A stretch of DNA of 63,072 nucleotides, counting the filler, from Salisapilia sapeloensis CBS 127946 (taxonomy: Eukaryota; Protista; Oomycota): the NCBI GenBank assembly GCA_023334545.1. It is 5 parts of 5 records of this genome, joined end to end, with 100 filler letters (N's around TTAATTAATTAA, not from the genome) between each part and the next. Parts side by side here need not be neighbours in the genome. Positions count along the whole stretch, not along the records: positions 1 to 30,171 come from JAADVB010000224.1; positions 30,272 to 40,172 come from JAADVB010000453.1; 3 more parts are not named here. One strand, written 5' to 3'. Below the pieces are notes generated by a model. It searched no databases. It worked only from the letters and a program-made list of their open reading frames with translations, and was not told the origin of the DNA. The number at the start of each line of letters is the position of its first letter. The first letter of the stretch is position 1. Positions 22,320 to 34,400 of this stretch are shown one piece after another. The position numbers were made by a program, and so were the translations under genes.

Positions 22320-25300
22320 TTAGGCAGTCGTCACCAGGTACAGGAAGAAGGCGAAGACGATGAGCGCTGCGCCAGCGCAGAACCAGGCTCGCATGTCTCC
22401 TTCTTCCCCATCTCCAAGCGGCTCATATCCCCGACGACGGAAGCGCATGACCGAGAGCACCACCACGACCACAACGATGACTGTTATCAGAATGGAGAGT
22501 CCGATCACTTCATGCGCACTCCAGCCACCTTTGGCGACAGACTCACTTCCGCTTCCACTGTCTCCTTCTGCCTCCGTGTCCGAGCAGCACAAGAGGCCAG
22601 GACAGCAACCCAACGCAGTGTAGCAGCACTCGAGTGGGTTGCCACCTTCCCCTGCTTGAAGACACGCCGGCTCGTTCTGACAGCTCTTGATCTTCTCTCC
22701 CTGGTGCTTGGCCGTGTCCGGCACGACCTCTCCGTTCGGGTCTTGACAGCACCACAATGTATCTCCTGTCTTAAGATCCGGTGTGCAGCACCCAGCAGGT
22801 GTGTCGCAGCACTCGAGACCAGCAGCAGCGCACACAGGCTGACTGTGGCAACTGTCGACCTTGGGTGTCGCCACCACAGGCTCTTCGCAACATCCGAGCC
22901 ACATGTCATCATTGCAGCATCCACCTTCGGTCTGGCAACAGTCGAGACCGAGTGCTTGGCACTTTGGCTGGTCCTCGCAGTAATCTCCTCCCGTCGGCGG
23001 CTTGGAAGGTGGCGTCGTCGGTGCAGGCACAGGCGTCGCCGGTGCTGCTGTCAGTGGTTCTGGATGCTGACAGCAGTCGAGAGTCTTGTTGGTGGCGGGA
23101 TCCGGTTGGCAGCAGCCTTCGACGGAGCTGCAGCAGCCAAAGCCTCCTTTCGCGCACTCTTTCTCTCCCTGACACTGCTCTTCGATCGGCGGCTGGATCT
23201 GTGTGTCGTCTTGCGGACAGCACGAGAGAGACGTGGAGGGACAGCACCCTGGAAGCGTATTGCAGCACCACAGTCCGGCTGCGGCGCATTCCGAATAGCC
23301 AAAGCACTGCTCCGTCGCTCTCAGCGCAGTCGTCGGGATGGAACGTTGCCAAGACGGTCTAGTTGCGATCCAGTACTTTGCGTAGGACATGGCATTCCAC
23401 GTGTCCATGGCAAAGTCATTCAGGTCGGAGTGGAGCTCATCCCACGCGACGCTGGCGTCTAGGATCGCATAGTCAAGCAGCAGTAGAGACTTCCAGATGC
23501 TGTCGCTCTCGAGAGAGTCGTACTCTGGCTGGAGCAAAGGATACTCTTGAGAGACATAGCCTTCCGTTAGGAGCAGAGGCGAAATGGGCGTGAACGGCAT
23601 CATGTTGATGCCATGGACGTACACTGGACGTCTGCCGAACCACGTAGAGTAGACGACCGTCATGTCGCCAACGACGCCTACCATGAGGTTCTCGGCAAAC
23701 ATGGGTTCGTACACAGTGATAGCTTTCTTCTCTGGTTGCTTCATCTGCCAGTAGAGCTTTGTGGATCGGATCTCGGACGCAATGAGGTAGCGAAGGTAGT
23801 CTAAGTGAGCTTCATCCTTGGTGTCCTTGTAGAAGAGTGCGAGAGAGTAGTAAGCATTCAGACTTTCACTAGAGCTTTCCTGACTCTTGCCTACTTGCAT
23901 CTGGAATAAACCACTTGCGTACGAATGACCAGTGTAAAAGTCTTTGTGTCTAGCAGTTGGGAACGCTGGTGTGCTTTCGAGCGGACTTCCAATGTCGTTC
24001 ACGATGTCCATGACGGCATCTAAGTGAGTCTGAATGAAGGCCGGATCGAGGTGCTGGAGGACGGCGAAGGCGTACGTAAAGTAACCAAAGTGGAAGTGGT
24101 GGTCGTTGTAGTAACCAGCTCCAAAGTCCGCCGCAGAGTTCTGAACGCCGTCTCTCGGGACGACGCCACCAAATTTAGCATCATATAGCAACGTGTCTGC
24201 GTTGGAGGATGTGAGCCACGGACGCAAGTGCTCTTCCATCTGACGCACCAGTTGCTCTCTGAGTTCAGTCTGGTTAAACTTGTCGGCCAACAAGGCTAGA
24301 CGTGCTTCTCGACTGATCAACTTGCCAAAGCCATACGTGTCTGCCGGCAGGTTCGGGTACTTGACTGCATCCGTGTGCAGGTCTTTGATGATCTCTTCCT
24401 TCGCCTCTTCTCGTCGTTTCAAGAGGACAGGGTCTGTTTCTTCCGATGCGAACAGTCCGTCGTCCCCCAGGTCAAAGTCAATGTCCGGCAACGTCTCACG
24501 TAGTCGCCACCTCCGTCCAGAGACACCTGTCATCATGCCTCGGATGCTGGCGTATTGTAACTCGAGCAATAGTTCATTGCTGCCTTCCTCCACATGTAGA
24601 ATTTGAGAGTGATGTGGCAGCGCCAGCATCAAGAGCGACTGGCTTACTGAGCCAAAAGCTTCCGTCTGCCAGTCAACAACGAGGTCGAGCATGTCCACGA
24701 TCGAGTCCTTTGGTGGCTTTTGCATGTCAAGAGAAGCACCAGTGGGGTACACGCTGGCGTGCTGCACTAGCGTAGGCAGTTGGATACTCAAATCGGTCGC
24801 TACGGCCGTCCGCAAGACACCAGTGAGAGGCTTATTGGCGACGAGACCACCGGCTTCGAGCGAGAACTTGAGGTCTTTATCGGAGGAGAAGAGAACCCAG
24901 TTTTGTCCGCTCGAGAGACGGATAGCAAAGGATGCAAAACCTAGCTCGTCATCCACGAGTCGACTCCATCGCTTGGTCGTTTCCTCGATCTTTGATATAG
25001 AGATCCCGTTGCCACTCGATAGACGAGGGACTGTGTTGAAGTACTTGACCGTCATGTATGGCGAACCACGCACCAAGTACGTTTGGAAGACAGGATTCGA
25101 AGTGGTATCGTAAAAGTCCACGGTGACGCTCATCGGATCCGAGTGCGTGACAGCGTGATCTTGAGGAGAGTTCTCGGCATCAGCAGTCGAAAAGATGATT
25201 TGAGACGCATAGCCTGACTGAATCACGTCTGGCGTAACGACACGGAACGGGAAGCACGTGTGGAGTTCGTGGTCGATGACCTTGGCAATGTACGGCATGG

Positions 25301-25484
25301 TGACGACCGGCAGATCGCCGTCGTTAAGCACGAGGTTGGTCCACCACGCTCCAGTCGGAAACGCACGAGTCTCAGTTTCATTCGGACGATAGTAGGATAT
25401 CGAGAGCGGGTGGTGGATCTCTGGAAACGGCGACAAGGCCGCCGTGATCCCCAGGAACGTCGACAGGAGCATGAGCATCCGCAT
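22320..25484 (-). CDS. Membrane-anchored GH81 endo-1,3-beta-glucanase: signal peptide, GH81 domain, five Cys-rich repeats, C-terminal TM segments
   Basis: FPTGAWWTN, LVRGSPYMT, YYNDHHFHFGY, QESSSESLNAY, HGINMMPFTP; hydrophobic N-terminus and two C-terminal hydrophobic helices. Confidence 0.9.
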   Translation of the reverse strand: MRMLMLLSTFLGITAALSPFPEIHHPLSISYYRPNETETRAFPTGAWWTNLVLNDGDLPVVTMPYIAKVIDHELHTCFPFRVVTPDVIQSGYASQIIFSTADAENSPQDHAVTHSDPMSVTVDFYDTTSNPVFQTYLVRGSPYMTVKYFNTVPRLSSGNGISISKIEETTKRWSRLVDDELGFASFAIRLSSGQNWVLFSSDKDLKFSLEAGGLVANKPLTGVLRTAVATDLSIQLPTLVQHASVYPTGASLDMQKPPKDSIVDMLDLVVDWQTEAFGSVSQSLLMLALPHHSQILHVEEGSNELLLELQYASIRGMMTGVSGRRWRLRETLPDIDFDLGDDGLFASEETDPVLLKRREEAKEEIIKDLHTDAVKYPNLPADTYGFGKLISREARLALLADKFNQTELREQLVRQMEEHLRPWLTSSNADTLLYDAKFGGVVPRDGVQNSAADFGAGYYNDHHFHFGYFTYAFAVLQHLDPAFIQTHLDAVMDIVNDIGSPLESTPAFPTARHKDFYTGHSYASGLFQMQVGKSQESSSESLNAYYSLALFYKDTKDEAHLDYLRYLIASEIRSTKLYWQMKQPEKKAITVYEPMFAENLMVGVVGDMTVVYSTWFGRRPVYVHGINMMPFTPISPLLLTEGYVSQEYPLLQPEYDSLESDSIWKSLLLLDYAILDASVAWDELHSDLNDFAMDTWNAMSYAKYWIATRPSWQRSIPTTALRATEQCFGYSECAAAGLWCCNTLPGCCPSTSLSCCPQDDTQIQPPIEEQCQGEKECAKGGFGCCSSVEGCCQPDPATNKTLDCCQHPEPLTAAPATPVPAPTTPPSKPPTGGDYCEDQPKCQALGLDCCQTEGGCCNDDMWLGCCEEPVVATPKVDSCHSQPVCAAAGLECCDTPAGCCTPDLKTGDTLWCCQDPNGEVVPDTAKHQGEKIKSCQNEPACLQAGEGGNPLECCYTALGCCPGLLCCSDTEAEGDSGSGSESVAKGGWSAHEVIGLSILITVIVVVVVVLSVMRFRRRGYEPLGDGEEGDMRAWFCAGAALIVFAFFLYLVTTA

Positions 25485-25681
25485 GATACGGCACTTCTGA
25501 TTCTGCTTGTTTCGTTTAATGGGTAAGGATCTTACTTGACGTTAGTATAGAGTGTCTAAACAATTGGAATGGACGACATTGAACACATAATACCACTCTC
25601 ATGAGCTCTTATCAGGTGCATGCCATTCAATAGAGCTACAGCTCTTTAAGCAACAAGTACTAACTTTAAAGGTAGTATGCA

Positions 25682-26977
25682 TTGCATGCAGGGGGTGAGA
25701 GAGCTCAGGACGCCGGACGATGGGCTGCTTCGCTCAAACTGACGCCGGAGCTGTTAGAGAAACTCCAGTCGAGCTCCGACCTGCGAGTCTTTCTATCGAT
25801 TAACACAGCAACGACATCCAAGTCCCAGCGTAGTGAACTCTTGCTAAAGGATGCTAATGCCGACGTTGTGGACAAGTATGAATTGCATTCTTTCCGGGAA
25901 GATGGAAATGTGAACCACGTTTGCGCCTTTGAGTACCAGGAGCCCAAGCAGGGCTTTGACATTGTCAAGCAAGGCAGCATCCATCAGAAGATGATCGTGC
26001 AGAGACTACTGGATCGCCAGGAGCAGGATCGAATCAAGGACAAGCACGAGCGGTCTGTAGAGGAGTCAAAGAGCCGAACGTCCAAGCTGCTGGACAAGCA
26101 GCCTGCTCAGCGGAAGAGGCGAATGGTAGTCTACAAGCCTACGGTGTCGTCTAGCGCCAAGGACAGCTCTGGCCCAGTCATGTACGACAGTAGCATCTTT
26201 TCTAAGCAGAAGTGGTGTCTAACGTAAAGAGATAGATCACTCCCGAGTGCATTGGGAAGTCAAGAGGCAGCAGACATGATAGAGAATCTCCAGCAGGAAG
26301 ACGAACCCGAACCAGCTGAACAAGAGACTCCAACGCCAAAGGAACCTATTCCAAAGGAACCTACTCCAAAGGAACCTGCTCCAAAGGAACCTGCTCCAAA
26401 GGAATCTACACCTAAGGAACCTGCTCCGAAGAAACAAAAGACGACAGTGCCAGCTTATAAGCCAGTAAAGGAGGTGGAGACACCTGCGCCCAAGACGAAT
26501 TCGAAAGAGGAGCAAGTGCAATTGATAGATCGAGTCGTCAACAGCACACAGAAGAAAAATGTCAAGCGAGCTAAGGTGCGGAACTCCAAGCTACCGGAAG
26601 TGGTCAAACGCTTGCCAGAGGAGGTGCAGCAAGTATGCAAGTGTCTAAATGAAAAGTTTCTTCGCGCTGCCATTGTAGACGATGAAGACTTACGGATTTT
26701 TCAGACACAGTACGACAACATGGCTGCGTACTGGCATGTCCTCGACAAGGTACGTAAGCAACAGCTAGACTATCGATACGACTACTAACGTGGCAAGTAG
26801 GCATACTCGATCTACTACATCAAATCAAGCGCCAAGACACTCGAGTCCAAGTCGACAAGTCAGAGCGAACAAGAGGTCGTATCATATCTCGAGCAGACCA
26901 TGTTGTCTCTTCAGCACTCGCTGTCGTCCCTACAGTCTTCCATCTCGACATATATAGATTCGAAATCGTCACAATAG
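25682..26977 (+). CDS. Multi-exon protein, possibly ELL/occludin-homology-like elongation factor, with a PKEP-repeat linker; start uncertain
   Basis: LKLTPELLEKL N-terminal segment; helical C-terminal IVDDEDLRIFQTQYDNM; introns at about 26180-26235 and 26750-26800 with ctaac branch sites. The family call is tentative. Confidence 0.5.
26337..26430 (+). repeat. 15-bp coding tandem repeat (CCAAAGGAACCTRCT-like, about 6 copies) encoding PKEPx
   Basis: Visible directly: PKEPI-PKEPT-PKEPA-PKEPA-PKEST-PKEPA. Confidence 0.9.
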
Positions 26978-27020
26978 GAAAAGAAAACGAACGTGTTGAA
27001 TAAAAACCTTGGCTGGTACC

Positions 27021-28709
27021 TTACTTGGTCTGAAGCACGCCGGCAGCGATCAGTTTCTCGATCTTAGCCATGATGTCTGCGTTCTGCAAATGCCTCTGCG
27101 CGGCCTGCGGGTCCGTCTGGAACTCCTGAAGGACGTTCTGCATCACTGGATCCCTCAAAATCGCCTGAATCTCCGGATCCGCCATACCGTGCGCAGCTCG
27201 CTCCTCGTCAACCTCTCCGCTGTTAATGCGGTTCGCGACACTGCGCAATCCGCTCTTGCACTCTTCGTTCTCCGGATCGATCTTCAAACCACTTTCGTAA
27301 CTCTCGCGCGCCTTGTGGTACTCCTTCATCAAGAACTGGATGGCAGCCAGTCTTGTCCACGCCTTCACGTAATTCGGGTCGATTTTCAGAGCCTTCTCAC
27401 AGTCGCTCTTAGCTTCCACGAACGAAGTCAGCTTCGTGTATGCTGCAGCGCGGTTGGCGTAGTACACTGCGCTCGAAGGATCGCGCTTAATAGCTTCCGT
27501 GTACCTTTCAACGGCCTCCGGGAAGGAGCCGGACTTGAAGAACTCGTTGCCTTCAGCCTTGGCAGCAGCAGCTTTCTCAGGGTCGATGTACGCGAGCTCC
27601 TTGGCCTTCTTCAGCTTCTGTTGCGTCAATCGAATCTTCTGGTCCACGTCCCTCGTTCGGTTCTCCATCTGCGCGTTCTCGTAGTTCTCGATGGCTTTCA
27701 ACAGATTCTCCTCCGTCTCGCCCTTCTTTGTGTACGCGTTGCCAATACGAACGTACGCCTTAGCGATCAAAGGATACTCTGCACGGTTGGATCGGCCGAT
27801 CTCGACAGCCTTCTTGCAGTCTTCGATACACTCGTCGTACTTCTTTTGCTCAAGCTTTACTGCCGCTAGATTCGTGTAGTATGAAATGTTCGACGGATAG
27901 AGCTCAATGGCCTCGTTGTAGCACTCGATGGCCTCGTCGAACTTCTTCTGCTTGTACAGAGAGTTACCGCGCGCCTTGGCTTCATCTGCCTTTGCCTGCT
28001 GAGCCTTCTGTTCCTTCTCTTCTTCCGTCAAGTTCTCTTCCTTTGGCTCCTCAGCCTTTGCTTCCTCCTTTGGTTCCATGTTCACGTCTTCCTTTGCTGG
28101 CGTCGGCTCCGGTGCCTGCGCCTGCGCTTCGTCTCCAGAGCTCACGTTTAGACCTAACAATTCGCCAAGAACCTGCATGACTCGCTGATCTTGGAGGTGC
28201 TGGTTGAGCTTGTTCGGGTCTTGCTGGATCTCTTGCAAGATGCTAACGAAGCTAGCGTCGCTCAGAAGATGAGAAACGCGTGGGTTGGTAGCGAGCTTCG
28301 CAAACATGTCGGGTCCAAAGGCACCTGCGAGTGGGTTCGAACCAGAGCTCGCCATGGCCTTCTCTACCTCGTCCAGTCCGTTTTTGCAAGGAGCACTGGA
28401 CGGGTCGACTTCCAGACCTTGCTCGTATGCCTTCTTCGCGTCCTCATATTTTTTCAGCGTATGTAGAGCTGCGCCCTTACGACTGTATCCCTTAGCCCAG
28501 TCGTTCTTCGCTTCGATACACTTTTCCGCATCTTCTAAAGCTTTCTGCGCATCGTGAAGAGATAGGTACGCAGCGGATCGGTTCGAGTAGTACACGTGAT
28601 TGGCAGGATTAATTTCAATCGCCTTGGTGTACTGGTCGATGGCTTCCTGGAAGTTGCCGGCAGACAGAGCAGCGTTGCCTTGCGCCTTGAAGCTTTCCGC
28701 GTCGGTCAT
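27021..28709 (-). CDS. STI1: Hsp70/Hsp90 organising protein (TPR1-DP1-TPR2A-TPR2B-DP2)
   Basis: KAQGNAALSAG, YSNRSAAY, WAKGYSRKGAA, two STI1/DP domains (DPEIQAILRDPVMQ), C-terminal KLIAAGVL; probable start MTDAESF at 28709. Confidence 0.95.
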   Translation of the reverse strand: MTDAESFKAQGNAALSAGNFQEAIDQYTKAIEINPANHVYYSNRSAAYLSLHDAQKALEDAEKCIEAKNDWAKGYSRKGAALHTLKKYEDAKKAYEQGLEVDPSSAPCKNGLDEVEKAMASSGSNPLAGAFGPDMFAKLATNPRVSHLLSDASFVSILQEIQQDPNKLNQHLQDQRVMQVLGELLGLNVSSGDEAQAQAPEPTPAKEDVNMEPKEEAKAEEPKEENLTEEEKEQKAQQAKADEAKARGNSLYKQKKFDEAIECYNEAIELYPSNISYYTNLAAVKLEQKKYDECIEDCKKAVEIGRSNRAEYPLIAKAYVRIGNAYTKKGETEENLLKAIENYENAQMENRTRDVDQKIRLTQQKLKKAKELAYIDPEKAAAAKAEGNEFFKSGSFPEAVERYTEAIKRDPSSAVYYANRAAAYTKLTSFVEAKSDCEKALKIDPNYVKAWTRLAAIQFLMKEYHKARESYESGLKIDPENEECKSGLRSVANRINSGEVDEERAAHGMADPEIQAILRDPVMQNVLQEFQTDPQAAQRHLQNADIMAKIEKLIAAGVLQTK

Positions 28710-30171
28710 TCTGGCTAGATGATCTTTTGTCTTTTGACTTGTGGTTGGATGCGCTTCACTTTGCTTTTGTATCGAGAAGATTCTCGAAGGAGTACCATGG
28801 ATGTACCGGACACTAGAGGTCAACTTGAAGGCGAGTTACTGCTTGGATCAATTGTTCGAGTACACGCGTCTATTCAAAAGCAAACAGCAGTAGACCTACC
28901 GGTCAATTGAATGAAGTGGTTCCTTACGAGTTGGCGAGGAACCCGTTATAAAGTGTACTACCAAATCGTTTATGACTTTTAAGCGAAATAAACGATATCT
29001 CAATGATAACCTTTTCGTAGCTTAATCAGCAAGCAACGGCATGCAGTTCAGCAGGTACTTGACTCGACAAACTCGTTTTACAATGACTGTGGTATTGTTC
29101 GTCAGTGGGAAACTTATATCCTGAGTGGACCATGCAGCATAGATCAAAAACTTGCCTTCTTGCCTTACAACTATTGTATGTACTCTTGAAGACATTTTAA
29201 CATGTTTAGTCGACAGTACAGTGAGCGATACCAGCTATGAGCTACTAGATAAGCTGCAACTACCATGTGCATTCAAATTAGGTGCATTGTATATGAGCAT
29301 ACCACCTACCAGATCATACGGTAATCTAGCCTGACACTGTTTCCACTTCAACAGTCGTACTCTTATGTGCAACCCAAGGCTCGGCCCGCTTCCATATATA
29401 TATTACCCTAATGATCATACTCTATCGTCCTATATAGAGTGATTTTGAGAAGCAGTCTAGACGAAAATCCACCACGGTCCAAATCATAGTTTAGAGATGG
29501 GTCGATGCAGGAGAATCAGTCGCCTCACTGGTAGATAACCGAAAGAAAGCTTATGACTGCAAGGAAAGTAGTGCCATCAGCGTGCTCTAATAGATCTTAG
29601 CTTTTAAACTTTAATGTGGTGATAGACGAAACTAATCTGCCATATTGCACAATGCAGCACGCAATCGCGACGACGAGCAATGCGCTATTAATCCGCTGCG
29701 GAGCATCCACTTTTCCATTCGTGCTCTCGTCCCTGCACGTGTAACCTTTCAAACCGAATTAAACCTACATGGTAGCTTCAATGATCAGAGAGCAGTCTTC
29801 ACTCTCTAATGAAATCCACTTACCACCGCGTTTAACTGACTCCACATCTCATATCTCGATCTTAACTTTTTAGGAAGGATATTCGCGGATTCACTTTTGC
29901 ATGTCGTCCTATCGAGCTTTCCACTTATTCGTTTATCGAGCTCTCTACAACCGTTTCGTCCGCAGATCTCACTCGCAGTCGGAATTGCTTCTGAGATCAG
30001 TTGTAACCCAAATTCATCGCGACGGCGGGAGAAAGAAAAGGCGTGAGTCCACCTGCTGTACATTAAATCGATAAGGCACTCTTTCATTCTCCAACTTACC
30101 ACAGACTCCACACGACCATCTCGATCTCCATCCGCATAGTACAAACTTCACAGCACTTTTGCCATGAGTAC

Positions 30172-30271
30172 NNNNNNNNNNNNNNNNNNNNNNNNNNNNN
30201 NNNNNNNNNNNNNNNTTAATTAATTAANNNNNNNNNNNNNNNNNNNNNNNNNNNNNNNNNNNNNNNNNNNN
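30172..30271. other. Artificial contig linker (N44-TTAATTAATTAA-N44)
   Basis: Identical 100-nt block occurs four times; TTAATTAATTAA gives stops in all six frames. Confidence 0.97.
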
Positions 30272-30650
30272 CCACTATATCGTATGCATAAGCGAGTGTT
30301 CTGTACTGCCAATGGAGATGCGAATTTAAATCATTGGTCTGTCTCTGTCTACGCCTTTGATTGAATCAGGAGGAAGTAAGTTTGGAGAAGACCTCAAGTC
30401 ACGCTTGGTATTCTACATGTGCACATTTGAAAAAGCGCGCGAAAGACTTGGTGAGCTCTTCGCTTTACTTGCGCTATTGAGCTCTTCGCTTGCGCTATTG
30501 AGCTCTTCGCTATTATTTCGGAACAGGCATAGTACAGTTGTGGCCGGAATAATTGAGCGATATTTGTGACGCGCACTGTATGTCGTCCCAGTGAATTGGC
30601 GAGCTCATTGTTGCAAGTAAATCGAATGACACTTCAACCTGAATGACTTT
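30272..30650 (+). repeat. Dispersed repeat family, copy 1 (cut by contig start)
   Basis: Shares CCACTATATCGTATGCATAAGCGAGTG with 40095-40172, and GAGCTCTTCGC/TTTACTTGCGCTATTG/CTTCAACCTGA with the 42.5-kb and 50.6-kb copies. Confidence 0.85.
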
Positions 30651-31407
30651 TGGCGATACACCACTATACGCTCGGCACTAGGCCCGCCAAAGCATGATAG
30701 AGGAACGGAAGATACGCGTGAATAGGCATGGGAAGCTATTTATCAACGTAAAAGTCAGACGAACCGGCAAATACTCAGTCATTGATTCCTCTTGCATTTA
30801 AAAATGCTTATCTTACCGAGTATGATACCCAATTGTCTCCTCAACGAACACGGGCATAGCAACTTGTCGCCGCTGGGAATACCTTTTAAGAAGTTGGTTC
30901 TGGCTGTTGATGTCAGAGCTAAAGAATATGACACGGCACGGAAAGAATAAAGACTGGAAATCGGGCTTGAGCAGTGAACTAATCTACATCTATAAGTCTA
31001 TATCCCTGAGAAGACAACTAGCAATATTCTGACATTACCCAATGCATCATAACTTTATGTGTGCAGTTATTGCTATCATCCTTTGCATCAAATAAGATCA
31101 GAAGCTAATACTAAAAACTATAAAGTAGCATCCGCTCGTCCACGACGCCATGAACCAGTAACCTTAAAAGATTATCTACATAATGTTATAGACAGAGAAT
31201 CCAGTCAGCATCCTACAGAGCTTCGAATTCACCCTACACAAGTCGTGTTACAGATAAATAGATCCTTCAAACATCTCTCTACTCTCTTTTTCATACACCA
31301 AGTACTCTACATCATCTAATCTTTCTTTATTATAGACTACTTTTTACATACTAAAACCAAGTTAAAGCGCGCCACTTTGTTCCAGTTTGTCACAACAACG
31401 AAAGAGA

Positions 31408-34400
31408 ATGCCGAGTACTATCGGGAGCGTCTGGGCATCGGCATTTGGGTGGGGCGCAGATGAAGAGCTACAGCAATTTCATCGAGTCAGATATACGTCA
31501 TTGCGAGAGCAATTCACATTTCGTATTGATAACGCGTCGGACCCATTGAGCTCCGGTATGACGGAGGGAGATGCGACATGGAACCAGTATTATTCGGATG
31601 AAGCACTCTTGGTCGAGATTAACAAAGACCTAGATCGCCTCCATCCATCCGGTGACGAGCTATTCTTTCAGTGTGACTTGTATCGTTCCATCCTTCGTCG
31701 CGTGTTATTCGTCTGGAGTCGTTTGCATCCAGAAATCTCGTATCACCAAGGCATGCATGACGTCGCTGCCGTTGTCCTGTACGCCTTTATCACAGAGCAG
31801 CAGGAAGATTCTACAATCCCACTAGAAAAACCCTCAGAGCTATTCTCAGCTGCATCGGACCCTGTCGCACCAGAGTATCTCGAAGCAGACACATTCCTAG
31901 GTCTAGAGGCACTCTTGATTTACCTCGAGCCATTCTATGACACGAATGTATCATCTACAGAAACACAGGGGGGTGAAGATGATCCAAGTTCGTTGTTTGG
32001 AGAGAAAACAGAGGCTTCTATGGAAGACACAGACGCCGCTGCACCTCAATCGATCTTAACTCGCTTCTGCCGATATGTACAACATGATTTACTAGGTAAG
32101 AAAGACGTGTACTTATCGAAACACTTGAAAGAGTTGCAAGTACAGCCAGAGACGTACTGCCTTCCATGGGTTCGTTTACTATTTGCACGAGAATTCGAGC
32201 TACCATCGTTGCTAGAGCTGTGGACTGGTATGATTCTAGATGAACAGCGTACTCCGTTGGACTACACGAACGACCCGCAGCTTTTATCAGCAGAGAATAC
32301 AGATAACGGAGAGGCTTGGGATCATCTGCCTCTCCTGCAGTATGCATGCGTCGGCCGGCTCCTTCAACTAGCACCCAAGCTCCGTCGATCAGACAAGACC
32401 GAGTGCCTCACCTTGTTGATGCATTCTCCTAACGATGATGCAGCATCGTCTGACCCTGGTCAGAGCCTCTTACAAATAGCTCACCAGCTCCGTGATCCGC
32501 TGGGACTCGAGACCGAGTCGGATGGTGCGATCGACGTCGTTGAGTTCCGCGATGGACCACTCGGCATCGTTCTAACGGCAGCACCTGATCCGCATGACAA
32601 CCAGCTCGCAGTTAAAATGTTCATGAACTCGTCAGAGGATCCTCCTCTACCTGGTCAAGCTGAGAGAAGTGGACAGATAAAGGTCGGCGACATTCTAGTC
32701 TCGATCAATGGCGTACCTATGGAAGGGTACACGACAGAAGAGGTCAAGGTACAGTTCATCCAGACTCTTTCGCGACCGCTTTACATTGCGTTTGAACATA
32801 TTGGACCTCGTCCGACGAAAAAACTAGATCCTCCCGTTCCAGACGATGCGTTAGAGTCACCTGCAGATGCAGATGCCGTACAAGAGCGATTCCTTCGAGG
32901 TGAACTCTGCTACGCTCTAGTCGAAAGTGGACTACAGACGTACACAATGACGCGAGAAGGCACTTGTGTCCCGAGCTTTACGGATGGCAAGCTGTACATT
33001 ACCAACTACCGTTGTATCTTTACGTTAAACAGTTCTAGCACCGTGATTAAGTGGCAAGTTCCTGTGCTAACGATTGCAGCAATTCAAGGTATGAATACCC
33101 CGGCTGCATCACCCACGTCTTCTCCAAACGGAGGAAATAAGAGCATGGATGCGACCTACTACCTTGTCCTTCGATGCAAAGACCTTCAAGTCGCTCGATT
33201 TGCTTTTAAAAGCTTCTCCGAGTACAATAACGTCGTCAAGTGTCTCGATGTGTTGGCGTTTCCTAAGAGTCTCATGCATGCGTTTTGCTTTTCGTATTCC
33301 CCATTGAAAGATGATAGACGTATGTCCTTTGATATGATGCGCGAGTACGATCGCATTGGCTTGTTGTCAAGATCAGATCGATTGCGTGTGTTTGATCAGT
33401 CGTCTAGGTACTCCATGTGTCCGACGTATCCTCGCTACGTCGTCGTTCCGGCACATATATCCGACAAGGAGCTGTATGCCTCTGCTTCCTTCCGGTCTCA
33501 AGGTCGATTACCAGTCATCAGCTGGCTGCATCCTAGGAACGGTGCGACGATCGCTCGATGTAGTCAACCTCTTGTCGGGTTCAAGTCCGCTCGAAACCCT
33601 CATGACGAGAACCTCGTGCAAGCACTTTGCTGTGCGACGGCAAAGCACTCCTTTGGTCGGTACATGATAATGGACGTACGAAGTCAAATGGCTGCGATGG
33701 GAAATAAGGCCATGGGTAAAGGCACAGAGATCGCGGCGAATTACAAAGGCAGTAAGCTGCTCTTTATGAACATTGATAACATCCATTCTATTCGACAGAG
33801 TCTGCAGCAACTAGCTGCGATCTTTGAACCGCCGTTGCAAGGTCTAAACCACGAAAGTAGTTCGTCTAGTTACTATGGAAAAGTAGATGCGACGGGATGG
33901 CTGCGGCATGTCCGACTGATATTAAAGGCATCTGTGGAGCTGGCCATGTCGGTGCAGAACGGCATATCCGTCTTGGCACATTGCAGCGACGGGTGGGATC
34001 GCACGGCGCAAATGGTGTCGCTAGCAGAGTTCCTACTGGACCCATACTATCGGACGCTGGAAGGCTTTGCTTGTCTTATTGAGAAGGAGTGGGCGAGTTT
34101 CGGACACCAGTTCGCCTCCCGCTGTGGCCATACGAAGCGAGATATGAGTAACGATCAACGTTCTCCTGTCTTTCTCCTGTGGCTGGACTGTGTCTGGCAG
34201 TTTGTGCGTCAGTTTCCATCCGAGTGCGAGTTTAATGAACGGTTACTACTAGCTCTGGCGGATCATACGCACTCGTGCAAGTACTGGAACTTCCTATTCG
34301 ACTGTGAAAAGCAACGGTACGATCGTCTTTGTATGTCCCTCGTTTCTCCTACTTATCTATGTTTAGCGTCGAAGCGTTGGGTCGAGGGACCGCTGCGTCG

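Noticed and set aside
22512-23462. 316-aa and 193-aa ORFs antisense to the GH81 gene
   Set aside because: GC-rich shadow ORFs with Arg/Ser/Cys-biased composition
27009-27869. 286-aa plus-strand ORF antisense to STI1
   Set aside because: Shadow ORF from the biased codon usage of the sense gene; no recognisable protein features
28830-30171. Short ORFs (e.g. 29806-30144) upstream of STI1
   Set aside because: No coding signature or homology recognisable; the sequence ends at a gap
30172-30271. TTAATTAATTAA palindrome recurring four times within N runs
   Set aside because: Artificial six-frame-stop contig spacer, not biological; the same applies at 40173, 56362 and 61290
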